A stretch of DNA of 64,000 nucleotides from the IMG/VR virus record IMGVR_UViG_3300013126_000021, positions 1 to 64,000 of that record; one strand, given 5' to 3'. Under the pieces are notes generated by a model, which had not been told where the DNA came from, searched no databases, and saw only the letters and a list, made by a program, of their open reading frames with translations. The stretch comes from a virus. Made by a program: the position numbers and the translations under genes. Positions 45,908-55,978 of the stretch are shown in pieces (position 1 is the stretch's first letter; each line of letters starts with the position of its first letter).

Positions 45908-46338
45908 TTTATATTTTCAGTTGCTTGATTGTGCGCATCAATGAAAGTGGGCGGTATTTCACATTTATTATCAAATTTGACAACTTCACGATCAATATAT
46001 TGAACTATATTTTGGCCTCTTTCTTTTACTATTCTTTCTTTATAGACAACCTTTTCAACGACTTTAATTGTTTCTTTCACACCTTTTGCTTCAGCTTCAG
46101 CTAATTTTGCTTTAACTTCATTTACTTTAGCTAACCAAGATTCATTATTTGCAATTGACCCTGCCATGTAAACACCAATTACAACTAGTATAATTGAAAC
46201 AATTTGTATGGGCGTTCTGTAAATATAAATTGCTGGTATTGGAATAAATTTAATTAAATAAGTTGCAAAGAATCCTAGTAATCCTATTATCAATAAAGCA
46301 TAAAAAAACCAATTTGGAATCCATTGAAGTATCCACAT
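45904..46338 (-). CDS. i-spanin (Rz-like)
   Basis: N-terminal TMs, coiled coil, C-terminal C.IP..F...HN. Confidence 0.75.
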   Translation of the reverse strand: MWILQWIPNWFFYALLIIGLLGFFATYLIKFIPIPAIYIYRTPIQIVSIILVVIGVYMAGSIANNESWLAKVNEVKAKLAEAEAKGVKETIKVVEKVVYKERIVKERGQNIVQYIDREVVKFDNKCEIPPTFIDAHNQATENIK

Positions 46339-46339
46339 T

Positions 46340-46522
46340 TTAGTTTATCTTAGGTTTTCTTTTTACCATTGGTTGTAGAATTGTTTTCTTTTTTCTTTTT
46401 AAATAAACACCAGGTTCACCACCCTTTTCACCAGTTCCGGCTATAGCACCACCTGAAACAACGTTCGTTGGTCCTGGTGAACCTCCCATCATATCCTCAT
46501 TGAATTGCTTAAAAGTTTTCAT
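46340..46522 (-). CDS. Small protein with capsid-targeting-like N-terminus
   Basis: MKTFKQFNE. Confidence 0.6.
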   Translation of the reverse strand: MKTFKQFNEDMMGGSPGPTNVVSGGAIAGTGEKGGEPGVYLKRKKKTILQPMVKRKPKIN

Positions 46523-46905
46523 ATTTTCCTTAAAATATCTGCGATATTCATATCAATTAAAATATCACTTGAAAAGATATCTTTACCTTTTATTCCTTTA
46601 ACTTTTTCTGGCATATAATTTAAGTATAACAAAAAAGTTTTTAGAACATCGTAATCTTTTTCATCTATTTTAAAAAATAAAATTCTAGTTGCAGGTTCTA
46701 TATCAAAAACATTATAGAGTAATATAATGTGATTTAAAATTAATCTTTCTTTTAATGTCTTTGTGACCTTATATCTTCTAAACAATCTTTTTAAATACTT
46801 TGTCCTCTTTAAATCACTTTCAAATTCACTCATAATACAATGAGGTGAATTATATGCCTTCATAGCATATAAAATAATATTTTCATCATTTAAATCCTCA
46901 AACAT
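46519..46905 (-). CDS. Conserved hypothetical T4-like protein
   Basis: YAMKAY.SP.C...EF..DL.R.KY, LKERLILNHII.LYNVF. Confidence 0.75.
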   Translation of the reverse strand: MFEDLNDENIILYAMKAYNSPHCIMSEFESDLKRTKYLKRLFRRYKVTKTLKERLILNHIILLYNVFDIEPATRILFFKIDEKDYDVLKTFLLYLNYMPEKVKGIKGKDIFSSDILIDMNIADILRKI

Positions 46906-46914
46906 AATTTAAAA

Positions 46915-46935
46915 TGGGCCACCTCAGGTGGCCCA
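46915..46935 (-). terminator. Intrinsic terminator
   Basis: tgggccacc-tca-ggtggccca followed by TTTT on the minus strand. Confidence 0.75.
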
Positions 46936-46940
46936 ATTCA

Positions 46941-47627
46941 TTACAGAAGAGTGAGAATTGCGTTCGAAGAGGTATATACCGTGTTCGAATTAGCCAAGTT
47001 GTTATTTGCTGTAATTTGAACACGATAGTAATACAAGTTAGCATCAACGTCAGTTGCATAGACTGTCAATGAGCTTGTCGTGTTACCAACATATGTTGTA
47101 TTTGTTGTTATACCATTCGCCGCTGTAGCATAAGTTGTACCATCTGTTGAATATTGCCATAGATATGAAAGTGTTGCATTTTCTGGAACAACAGTTGTAG
47201 TAACAGAGAATGTTCCGCTATTTCCTGCTCCAGCAATGTATTGTACATTTGTTGGTGATGTAACAAACGTCAATGTCGTATCGACAAGAACAGCATCTTC
47301 TGTGGCTGCTGCATCATTTTGAACTTCTGCGACACAGGCTAATACTTCCCATGTGATACGCCCGGCGCGCCCGCCGGAACCAGTAGTTTTTAATACCCAT
47401 CCTGTGCCAGGAATTGTACTGTCCGCTGCCTGCACTTCGAATTTGTCCGCCATGAAAAGACCGACTGTTTCATTCGTAACGTAAACGTCTGAAGTTGTGT
47501 TACCGAATAATAGAGCAACGTTTGCTGCTGTTGGTGCTGCGGCAGCTTTGTTTACACCAGTTGATACCTGGCTAACAGCCCAATATGGTGCATTTGCTGC
47601 ATTATCGTGATTTCCCCATGAGGACAT
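46941..47627 (-). CDS. Virion surface protein with Ig-like domain
   Basis: GWVLKTTGSGGRAGR..WEVL; LSYLWQYS..G, T.SLTV, YYYRV. Confidence 0.75.
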   Translation of the reverse strand: MSSWGNHDNAANAPYWAVSQVSTGVNKAAAAPTAANVALLFGNTTSDVYVTNETVGLFMADKFEVQAADSTIPGTGWVLKTTGSGGRAGRITWEVLACVAEVQNDAAATEDAVLVDTTLTFVTSPTNVQYIAGAGNSGTFSVTTTVVPENATLSYLWQYSTDGTTYATAANGITTNTTYVGNTTSSLTVYATDVDANLYYYRVQITANNNLANSNTVYTSSNAILTLL

Positions 47628-47658
47628 TTTTTTCTCCCTAAAAGATTCTATTTACTAT

Positions 47659-49794
47659 TTATTGTGAATTAGAATTAGATCCATTCTTCATATTTAATTT
47701 CGTTTTGAGAACAGGGTCTATTTCTATAGTGTCTCTAGGTTTTCCTGTCATCGTTTTTCCACCTTTCAAAATCATTTTCGCATTATTTAATTCCGAATCG
47801 GATAAATTTTTATTCTTTTCTGTTTTTTCCCAATCATATATTGTTTCTTTTCTAAGCCCCTTTTTCTTGTAGAGAGCTTTGATCATTCTGGCGGATTTTG
47901 ATTTTTCTTTAGTCATTTTTGACTCCATTGCCTTGACAGAGTTATTTGCAGACAATGGTGAATCTTCTATTCCGTAAATTCCTTCGTTAACATTTTCAAC
48001 TTCTTCTTTTGTTGCTCTCCAGCCACCACCTTTAGATTTATACCACTTTGATGCCCAACCATTTGCATATGCAGAGTTACCTGTAATAGTAATTAATCCG
48101 TTCTGAACCATAACCCATGTTTCATTTTCCGTAGTTGGGCACCATACATCTTCATAACCAGCATCCTTTCTGTAAAGATTTTGTGTTGAATGATATTTTT
48201 TGTTTCTGATGTATGTTGCATTGACCATGTCATCACGATTATTTGTGTTTACATAATATCCGTTTAGATACGAAGCAAGAAGTGATGCCCAAAGATGTTC
48301 ATATTCTTTCTGAACGAAACCAAAAGTATGTCTGTCTTTTATTTTCGGAGAAACTCCTTTATCCCAACCATCATAAACAATAGAACTTGCTAAAAATATT
48401 TCTCTTTCTTTTTCATTCATAGATAATATTTTTTCAATCCAGTTATCTTTTTTTGACCAATTCTCTATTATTAAAGAAGATTGATTTTTTAATACTGAAC
48501 ACATTAAAATTTTCATGTGGGTGTTCAAATCTTTAGTTTCAATCAGTTCACTGCCATTTGATTTCGATATCACCCACTTATGATTTGGTGTACAACGAAT
48601 TGAAAATCCTGTTGGTTTTCCTATTTCCAATAAAGGTGCATTTTCGTAATAATGTTTATGTAAAACTGGTTTCCATTCCAACTCATCAATCTTCATATTG
48701 TACGTTAATATCTCATCACCAATTTCCAGGTCTTCATGTGAAATTGGTCCTTTTTTAGAAATTGCTAAACTATCTAAAGGCACACATGGATATACATCAA
48801 ACTTTGATCTAGCAAGAGACTTTGCTCTTGCCCAAAGTTTTGGATTTGTTGGCGAATTCTTTTCGTCGATTTGTTCAATTTCTTCATTTTTTGGTACACA
48901 ATCTGGTACCATCTTGTTACCCTTCTTCTTCATACCAACTTGTTTGTGTGTAACCCAGCAAGCTTCATCGACAGATTCCTTTGACAGTTTGCCTTTACCA
49001 AAGTTTGATACATTTACTGGCTTGCCACCCTTACCGGCTCTATCTGCAACTGGGTCATGCTTGCGTTTTGCAGCAACAGCGGCCGCTCTTTCTTTTTTGG
49101 AAAGTTTTGCTCGCTTTTCATTTGACATACATTTCGGTTTTGGTTCACCTGGCTCACGGGCGCAAGGACCAATTGCTTCACCTTTGCTATTAATTCTTTT
49201 CCAACCACCTTCAGGATCTGTTTTACTGAACCACTTTCTTAAGTCTTCTCTAGTGATATGAGAATCTAAGTCTTGCGTGTCGGATTGTTTTTTTAGTTCA
49301 TTAATATGCTCGACTTCTTCGTTCCAATCATCACCGCGTTCACCCATACCAGATGTTTCGGCTTTCATTTTTCTATGTTTGAACAATTTGAATTCGCTGG
49401 ACTTTGAATATTTGTTTCTTTGATTGCCGTCCATAGCCCTTGGATCAAGCCCTTTTGACTTGATAAATGACATGAGTAAACCGGTACCAGCTTCATTCAC
49501 AACTTCTTCTGTTGTGCCCATATCAGTATATTTGGCATGATCTCTTGAGAATTTCTTAAATCGATCCGTTCGAGCAAGATTTAAACGATCATTGAGTGAA
49601 ATTGTTCTAGGATCACGACCCATTGCTTTGATATACTTCCATAGAATCTGCGTATTCACTTCATCCAATGGAGCATGTTTTTTTGACCATGGCTCCATTG
49701 GATCAGTATCACCATTTGCCAATTTACCCATTACAGATTCTTTTTTGCTTTTTTTATAAGCTTCTAAAAAAATCTGTTTTTTGCGTTCAGTCAT
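47659..49794 (-). CDS. Modular basic protein, probable internal head polyprotein, intein-containing
   Basis: Basic modules separated by E-rich I/V-x-E linkers; intein at residues 337-573. Confidence 0.75.
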   Translation of the reverse strand: MTERKKQIFLEAYKKSKKESVMGKLANGDTDPMEPWSKKHAPLDEVNTQILWKYIKAMGRDPRTISLNDRLNLARTDRFKKFSRDHAKYTDMGTTEEVVNEAGTGLLMSFIKSKGLDPRAMDGNQRNKYSKSSEFKLFKHRKMKAETSGMGERGDDWNEEVEHINELKKQSDTQDLDSHITREDLRKWFSKTDPEGGWKRINSKGEAIGPCAREPGEPKPKCMSNEKRAKLSKKERAAAVAAKRKHDPVADRAGKGGKPVNVSNFGKGKLSKESVDEACWVTHKQVGMKKKGNKMVPDCVPKNEEIEQIDEKNSPTNPKLWARAKSLARSKFDVYPCVPLDSLAISKKGPISHEDLEIGDEILTYNMKIDELEWKPVLHKHYYENAPLLEIGKPTGFSIRCTPNHKWVISKSNGSELIETKDLNTHMKILMCSVLKNQSSLIIENWSKKDNWIEKILSMNEKEREIFLASSIVYDGWDKGVSPKIKDRHTFGFVQKEYEHLWASLLASYLNGYYVNTNNRDDMVNATYIRNKKYHSTQNLYRKDAGYEDVWCPTTENETWVMVQNGLITITGNSAYANGWASKWYKSKGGGWRATKEEVENVNEGIYGIEDSPLSANNSVKAMESKMTKEKSKSARMIKALYKKKGLRKETIYDWEKTEKNKNLSDSELNNAKMILKGGKTMTGKPRDTIEIDPVLKTKLNMKNGSNSNSQ
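48076..48786 (-). mobile_element. Intein (237 aa) with degenerate LAGLIDADG remnant
   Basis: Starts CVPLDS; block B CTPNHKW; block F/G VWCPTTENETWV...ITGN followed by Ser; exteins join as DVYP/SAYANGW. Confidence 0.9.
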
Positions 49795-49806
49795 GGTCTT
49801 TCCTTT

Positions 49807-51783
49807 TTACTTTTCACCATAAACATTTGGATATTTTTTCTCCATTTCTTCTCTTTCTTTTTTATGTTTATCTATAAGCGCATTCATTTTTTTAGCTCTT
49901 TCTTCTGGGTCATATCCTGACTTTTTCAGTGATGCTTTAAATTTTTCTAAAGCTGTCATTTTAGGTTTTGCTGCTTCTTCTACATGTTTTGGTAACCCAG
50001 AGTGTTTAGTTTTTGCAAAATCTCTAGCCGCTTTAGTTGTCATAGATTTTGCCGCTTTAGCAACTTCTGGGCTTGCAGGTTTCATACCTTTTTTAGCAGC
50101 ATACACCATACCCATAAACTTTTGTTGTGCTTGGCTTACAGATTTTTCATTAATCTGTTCTTCACTTATCTTTTTTTTTTCACTTACCTCGACACTTTCT
50201 TCATGCTTACCTCTTCTTGGATCCCATCTACCTGCATATGGGCTTTTGCTAGACATTTTATCTGTCATTCGGTCCTCTGGAGGCCTGGGAGGTGCGGCTT
50301 GTGCTCTTGCTTTTAAAGCTGCATCTGATTGTGACTTAGACATTGGTGCTTTTGCTTTGATGCCCTTTTTATTTGCAAAAGCTGCAAATTCTGCTCCTAG
50401 GTCACCTTCCATTACATCGTTTGATTCCTTTTTCATTTTCTTTTCATCTGATGAAGCACCGAAAGTACCGTGAACAAGTTTATCAAGATTTCTGTGAAAT
50501 TTATTTTCCTTTTCTGCACTTACACCAGAGGTGGCTTCATCAATTTGAATTTCTTCTCTAACTAATTTAATTTTTTTAAAATTACCACTTTTTGACATTT
50601 TGTAATGTGTCGATAGTGCCTTTTCTTTTGTTGGATGAATTTTTGAATTAAAAGTTTCACCTTCTTTTGTTTGAGCTGTAACTCTCCAACCTTCTGTCAC
50701 ACCTTGCCCTGCTATTTTGTCGCCGGGAACACCGCCCCTCAACTTGATAACACTTTTAGCACCGTGACCTGCGGCAATGCGTTTGGCATCAGCATCATCT
50801 TTGGCAACGAACTTTTTGACTTGTCCATTACGCATCATCAACTCATACTTTTGTGTCTTACCTTCGCCTTCCGACACAACTTCTTCCATTCTGGCAGATG
50901 CTCTTTTAATGCCTCTTGCTCGCATATCAGCTTTGTGTTGTTGACGGTCAGCCAACTCTGAAGATGCCGTTCGTTGTGCCTTAGTTAATTCTGTGTTGTT
51001 TGCCTTTTCTCTATCCGATGCAGCAATTCGGGTATGGACTCCTAGACGCCTTGTTGCTTTTTCCTTGTATCTTGCGGCTAGGTCTGCACTAATCTCATCA
51101 ATTTGTTCGACTTCTTCTTTTTGTGCTTTACTTATTATTCCTCCACTTTGTGCTTTACCTTTTATTCGTCTACCTGTAACTTGGCGAGCTAAAAATTTAG
51201 CAGCACGTTCATCATGCCCAGGCATTAAACTTGTCATAGGCACATTACCTTCTGGTGGTTTGCGAACATTATCTTCGCTGTCATAACCTTTTCCCTTTAC
51301 TTTTCTAGCTGGGATTTCTGCTTTTTTTGGTTTTGAATCTGGCTCACCTTTTCGTTTTAAACCATATGAATCACCATAACCCCAACTGCCCTCATCAACT
51401 TGCTCCGATTCTTCTTGAACTTTAACATATTTGCTGATAGGTTCACCTGCTTTTGGCATTTTACCGCCAGTGTCTTTAGCAGAAATCTCATGTCGTGCAC
51501 CAGCATTGGTAATTGCAACAATCTTACCTGCTCCACCACTTACAGTTTTAATATGATGTGGATTTTTTCCTGTATATGCCGACTCTTTAACTTGTTCAGC
51601 ACCTTTCTTTTCACCACGGAGTATGGCAAAATCATGGGCATCGATTTTGTTGTTTTTATTTTTATCGATCTTATGCTGCCCACCTTTTAATTCTTCCATT
51701 TTTGCTTTTAAGTCAGCTTCGAGGATCGTTTTAACTAGGTTGGCAATTGAGTCCATTTTTGCAAATTTATTATCAGAATACAT
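49807..51783 (-). CDS. Modular basic protein, probable internal head polyprotein
   Basis: Repeated EE.EQ(I/V)DE linkers; EF-hand-like DKNKNNKIDAHDF; KSVSQAQQKFMGMV module. Confidence 0.7.
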   Translation of the reverse strand: MYSDNKFAKMDSIANLVKTILEADLKAKMEELKGGQHKIDKNKNNKIDAHDFAILRGEKKGAEQVKESAYTGKNPHHIKTVSGGAGKIVAITNAGARHEISAKDTGGKMPKAGEPISKYVKVQEESEQVDEGSWGYGDSYGLKRKGEPDSKPKKAEIPARKVKGKGYDSEDNVRKPPEGNVPMTSLMPGHDERAAKFLARQVTGRRIKGKAQSGGIISKAQKEEVEQIDEISADLAARYKEKATRRLGVHTRIAASDREKANNTELTKAQRTASSELADRQQHKADMRARGIKRASARMEEVVSEGEGKTQKYELMMRNGQVKKFVAKDDADAKRIAAGHGAKSVIKLRGGVPGDKIAGQGVTEGWRVTAQTKEGETFNSKIHPTKEKALSTHYKMSKSGNFKKIKLVREEIQIDEATSGVSAEKENKFHRNLDKLVHGTFGASSDEKKMKKESNDVMEGDLGAEFAAFANKKGIKAKAPMSKSQSDAALKARAQAAPPRPPEDRMTDKMSSKSPYAGRWDPRRGKHEESVEVSEKKKISEEQINEKSVSQAQQKFMGMVYAAKKGMKPASPEVAKAAKSMTTKAARDFAKTKHSGLPKHVEEAAKPKMTALEKFKASLKKSGYDPEERAKKMNALIDKHKKEREEMEKKYPNVYGEK

Positions 51784-51796
51784 TTTTTTCTCCGTT

Positions 51797-52108
51797 TTAG
51801 CAGTTCCACTTTCTTAAAGAAAGTGCTTTTCTTGTTGGTCTTCCCTTTTCATCTTTCATTGGTCCTGGCATTCCACTCATTCTTGCGCAGAAAGATTTTC
51901 TTCTATTCCAAGCCTTTGAGCCTTTTTTTAGCTTTGAAGGTTTTGTAGTAACGGCCATGGAAAGTTTTGAACCTGGATTTTCTCTTCGATAAGAAGCAAT
52001 ACCTTTACGATTCAAACCTCCAGATGGATTTTTTCCTTCTTTTCTTTGCCAAGCGGCGCTAGCTTCATCTAAAGATTCTTCATTTATAAATTGTTTGAAA
52101 CTTTTCAT
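51797..52108 (-). CDS. Small basic protein with capsid-targeting-like N-terminus
   Basis: MKSFKQFINE; GKNPSGGLN, RRKSFCARM, LRKWNC. Confidence 0.75.
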   Translation of the reverse strand: MKSFKQFINEESLDEASAAWQRKEGKNPSGGLNRKGIASYRRENPGSKLSMAVTTKPSKLKKGSKAWNRRKSFCARMSGMPGPMKDEKGRPTRKALSLRKWNC

Positions 52109-53994
52109 TTTTTCTTCTTTTTATTTTGGAGGTTAGTTTCAATTTTATTTAATGTTTCCATGGGCTCTTTATTCGTGGGACCGTGAGCAGTTCCAGTAAC
52201 ACCCATATCTGCGCTAGGCGAATCAATTGCTTCATTTCTAAAATTTGCGAAAGATTTGTGTTTTACCTCTGCGGTACTATTATATTTATTTTCTTTTTGT
52301 TCTCTATATGTGACCATTCCAAGCCCAGACATAGGATAAACTGTTCCTGATCCTCTTGTATCATATTCTGGTGATGTACCGGAAACTTTTAAGACCTTCC
52401 CTGCTTCTGAGTTATTGGCTTTTTGCTTCTTGGCTTTGATTTTGTCGGCGTCTTGTTGAAATTTTGTTTCTTTCTTTTCGGTGCTTCTGATGATGGTTGG
52501 AGAGCTTTCGGAGTAGGTTCTGAAGACATAGTTGGTGTTGGATTTAACGTCTCCGTCTGTAACTGAGTCTGCTCTACCTTGTTTTCTGACGAGTTGGCAA
52601 CTGGGGCAGATGTTGTCAAGTAGGCGTTGACCTTTCTTTCTTGGGAATCCACTAAAGCGTCCAGTGGATGTCTTGTTTGTTCCACAGGTACAGTTTCTTT
52701 TTTCGGTAATAAAAGTTTTGCTATTTGTTTTATTCTTTGGAACATATTTTTCTCCAGTTATAGCTTGTTCAAATAAATTATTAATGTTCATCTTTTTGTT
52801 TCTTAACATCCAAGTATTTGCTATTTCATTTTCAACTTCAATATCTAAAAACAAATTTATTAATTCATATATTAATGTTAAGTCCTTTTCCTTTTCACTT
52901 TTTTCGAATTCGTTTGCTTCCTTTAAATCAACAGAATTGTCAAATTCGAAATACTTTTTAAATGTTTTCTTAAAATTTTCAGAAATTAATTGTGTTTTTT
53001 GCCATCTTTCTAGTCGGACAGATTCTTCAAGAACTCTTGTATGTTTTTCGTTTCTTTGCTTTGAAGAATCGTTTGAAGTGTTAACAAACACCATCAATGT
53101 CTCATATCCGAGTTCTTCCAGTTCATTTTTTATTTCGACGATCATATATTGATCATTTGTCGTACTATTAATTATCAATGGATTCCTGTTTCTTATTGCT
53201 TCCTGTCGAATATCATTTGAAGATTCATATAATTTATGTTTATTGTTTAGAATAGATATTGCCAAATTAGCATTCATTTCAACAATTTTTTGACTAGGGA
53301 TACATTCTCTGATAATGATATCTTTTCCTGATCCAGGACCACCTGTCACGAAAATTGCTTTAAATTTTCCATGGTTTACATTTTCATGTATTCCCATTCC
53401 TGACCTTACATCACGAAACAATTCTTTAGCGTGTGCCTCCGAAACATGAGCAGGTACCCCTTGCTTAAAGGAAACAAAATCATTATTTTTTGCATGTTCA
53501 CGCATTTTTGATGCAGACATTCCTTCGACACCTTCGGAATCCGGATCTCTTTGCCCAGCAGATTTGACTTCTATTTTCTTAAAATTAAATAATGCCCCCT
53601 CGTGTGCCCCATTATATTTGTTCAATGTTTTTTCGTATTCATCAACACGATCTGAACCTGCAACCATAACTAGATGATCGTGCCCTGAATGGTAAAGTTT
53701 AGATGCGTGCTGTATAAAAGAGGGTGTTTCCTTACTTGAGGAATAGATATTGGTTCCTGGAAAAAACCTTTTAGCATGTTTTACTTTTTTTGTAACTTCT
53801 AGAGGATTCTTTTTAGAATCTGTTGAATGTGAAATTATTATATGATGTGGAGCATTATAATCCCTTGCTATGTCTTTGACATGTTTTACAAGTTTTTCAT
53901 GCCCAATAGTAGGTGGATTCATTCTACCAAAAGCCATTATAACAGGCCTTTCGGTCTTTTCGTTTTCTTCTACTTTTTCTAGAAAGGTTTTCAT
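52105..53994 (-). CDS. HIGH-family nucleotidyltransferase (cytidyltransferase-like) fused to P-loop kinase
   Basis: FGRMNPPTIGH, GSDR, MSASKMR; second domain GGPGSGKD. Confidence 0.85.
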   Translation of the reverse strand: MKTFLEKVEENEKTERPVIMAFGRMNPPTIGHEKLVKHVKDIARDYNAPHHIIISHSTDSKKNPLEVTKKVKHAKRFFPGTNIYSSSKETPSFIQHASKLYHSGHDHLVMVAGSDRVDEYEKTLNKYNGAHEGALFNFKKIEVKSAGQRDPDSEGVEGMSASKMREHAKNNDFVSFKQGVPAHVSEAHAKELFRDVRSGMGIHENVNHGKFKAIFVTGGPGSGKDIIIRECIPSQKIVEMNANLAISILNNKHKLYESSNDIRQEAIRNRNPLIINSTTNDQYMIVEIKNELEELGYETLMVFVNTSNDSSKQRNEKHTRVLEESVRLERWQKTQLISENFKKTFKKYFEFDNSVDLKEANEFEKSEKEKDLTLIYELINLFLDIEVENEIANTWMLRNKKMNINNLFEQAITGEKYVPKNKTNSKTFITEKRNCTCGTNKTSTGRFSGFPRKKGQRLLDNICPSCQLVRKQGRADSVTDGDVKSNTNYVFRTYSESSPTIIRSTEKKETKFQQDADKIKAKKQKANNSEAGKVLKVSGTSPEYDTRGSGTVYPMSGLGMVTYREQKENKYNSTAEVKHKSFANFRNEAIDSPSADMGVTGTAHGPTNKEPMETLNKIETNLQNKKKKK

Positions 53995-55187
53995 ATGTTT
54001 CTTATTCCCTCAAAATTTCTTCTGGAGAATTCTTGTCTGTTTACAAATTTATCCGTATCGTTTTTGTGATGGAAGACATATCCTTCCGGATTTGCATTTT
54101 CACCTGCATGTTGGTGTTGAAATTGTTGGTGTTGATTCATAACATTAATCAGAACATTCTTGGCATTCTGTAAATGTTTATGCATTTTAAATAAATTATT
54201 ATAATGTTTCTTATTTAATTCTATTTTATTCAGTTCACTTTTTAAATCATTTTGTCTAGAAATTTTGTTTTTTTCAACTTTTAATTTATCGATTTCTTTA
54301 GTTTTCTTGTTTTCTAACCAATTTTTAAAATTTTGATGTGTGGGCGTTTCACCGCTTCTTACAGTGTGATTCATATAAGCTTCTAAATGCCCACCGACAC
54401 CTTGATGCATTTTAGTTCCGGCATACATGTCGTCACCATGTGTATTATGTATTTCTTCAGCTTTACTTATATGTTTATTGAATTCTGCGCGGTCTTTTGG
54501 ACCAAAATGCACTTTTGAAGTATCCATTCTTGGATCGACACCAAAGACGTCAGAATGCTCATTAAAATTTTCATGATCAACTTCATGGTACGCATTTAAG
54601 CTTCCTGAATTTTTACCTTCATATTTTAAATGAGTAACAACACCTATTTGTGCTTTTTTTGCTTTTTTACCCAGTTCACCCTTTGCGGTGTAAGTTAAAC
54701 CGGAAGGATTAGGATTAAACGAAACACCACCTTCCTTACTTGCTTTTTTATCTTCAGGAGAAAACATCATATCACCTTGATACACACCTTCTTTTGGTGC
54801 AATTTTAGGTAAATGTTTTAACGCATGTTTAAGTTTTTCTACAAGCCCAGGAGCATGCCCATGATTTCTCACAATGTCTTCTGGTGTGTAATTTATTTTT
54901 GGTGTTTTATTAAAGGCAGATTTTGATGCTACGAAAAACTTTCCGTTATCAGGATGTCGACCATATACGATTGCAGGTGAGCCATCATATTTCGTGGTAA
55001 GTTCAGATGTTTTTTTGCCTTGAGAAATATGGTCTGCGGATGCTCTAAGTGAAGAAAATGAGCGTAATGCACCTTTTTCACCGTTTTGAAGTGCTCGATC
55101 CTCAACATGTGTTAAATGTTTAATTTGACGACTGGCGCCTTCTTCTGGATCTTCTTGTTCCAGTAAAAACTTGGCAAAAGATAACAT
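53991..55187 (-). CDS. Ligase-like covalent nucleotidyltransferase
   Basis: Motif I TKYDGSP, III YQGDMMF, IV EGYV, V KFVNR; start trimmed to MLSFAKFLLEQ behind GAGG. Confidence 0.7.
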   Translation of the reverse strand: MLSFAKFLLEQEDPEEGASRQIKHLTHVEDRALQNGEKGALRSFSSLRASADHISQGKKTSELTTKYDGSPAIVYGRHPDNGKFFVASKSAFNKTPKINYTPEDIVRNHGHAPGLVEKLKHALKHLPKIAPKEGVYQGDMMFSPEDKKASKEGGVSFNPNPSGLTYTAKGELGKKAKKAQIGVVTHLKYEGKNSGSLNAYHEVDHENFNEHSDVFGVDPRMDTSKVHFGPKDRAEFNKHISKAEEIHNTHGDDMYAGTKMHQGVGGHLEAYMNHTVRSGETPTHQNFKNWLENKKTKEIDKLKVEKNKISRQNDLKSELNKIELNKKHYNNLFKMHKHLQNAKNVLINVMNQHQQFQHQHAGENANPEGYVFHHKNDTDKFVNRQEFSRRNFEGIRNI

Positions 55188-55225
55188 ATTTCCTCTAATT
55201 AGTACACTGTGACTATAATGGTTAT

Positions 55226-55978
55226 TTAGTAACCCCAAATCTTTAAATCAACCCATTTATCCATATCATCACGTATAATTGAATGTTTACCTATATTAAA
55301 TTTTCCATCTACAAATGGATGATCAATATCAATTCTTTGATATGGTATCTTAAATAGTTGCAGTTGTGCTTCGAGCATAGCATGCCCACAAAATTCAACT
55401 GCTCTGTTATAATGATGTTTTAGGAAAAGATATGTTGAAGAATATATTTTCATTGTTTCAGGATCAGCAATCGCAAATTGATCGTTAAATAGAGGATTAG
55501 TTCCATTTGTGTCTTTTGATATGTACACTAAACCATTTCGCAATTCTTCGAAATTAATTTTTTTATTCAGCGCGAAATCAAATCTACTTCTTATAACAAA
55601 ATCATATTTTTTGTTTAGAAAAAGTTCACCTAAATTTCTTAAGTGATCAGATTTAAAAATTGAATAAAACATTGATGTGCAAAAATTTGCTGGATGTGAT
55701 GCGTTTCTGACCAGCATATCTGAGTTAATATTTTTATTTAATGGAGTATCAAATATTGAAAGGACGGGTTTGTATAAACTTTTTACTTCTTCGTAAATTT
55801 TTAATTGTTTTTGTGCGTTATCATTCTTCCAAGAATGAAGGAAAATATCTACATCATATTGTTGTAAAAGATTTTTTTCTATGTATGCATAGGATTCTTT
55901 ATAACTTCTAGGTTGCCCGGATAGACAAAGCGCCAATTTCATTTGAGAATTTTTCGACATAATCTGTACACACTCCAA
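55226..55978 (-). CDS. Glycosyltransferase-like protein
   Basis: LCLSGQPR, DIFLHSW, YDFVIRSRFD, NDQFAI. Confidence 0.65.
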   Translation of the reverse strand: MECVQIMSKNSQMKLALCLSGQPRSYKESYAYIEKNLLQQYDVDIFLHSWKNDNAQKQLKIYEEVKSLYKPVLSIFDTPLNKNINSDMLVRNASHPANFCTSMFYSIFKSDHLRNLGELFLNKKYDFVIRSRFDFALNKKINFEELRNGLVYISKDTNGTNPLFNDQFAIADPETMKIYSSTYLFLKHHYNRAVEFCGHAMLEAQLQLFKIPYQRIDIDHPFVDGKFNIGKHSIIRDDMDKWVDLKIWGY

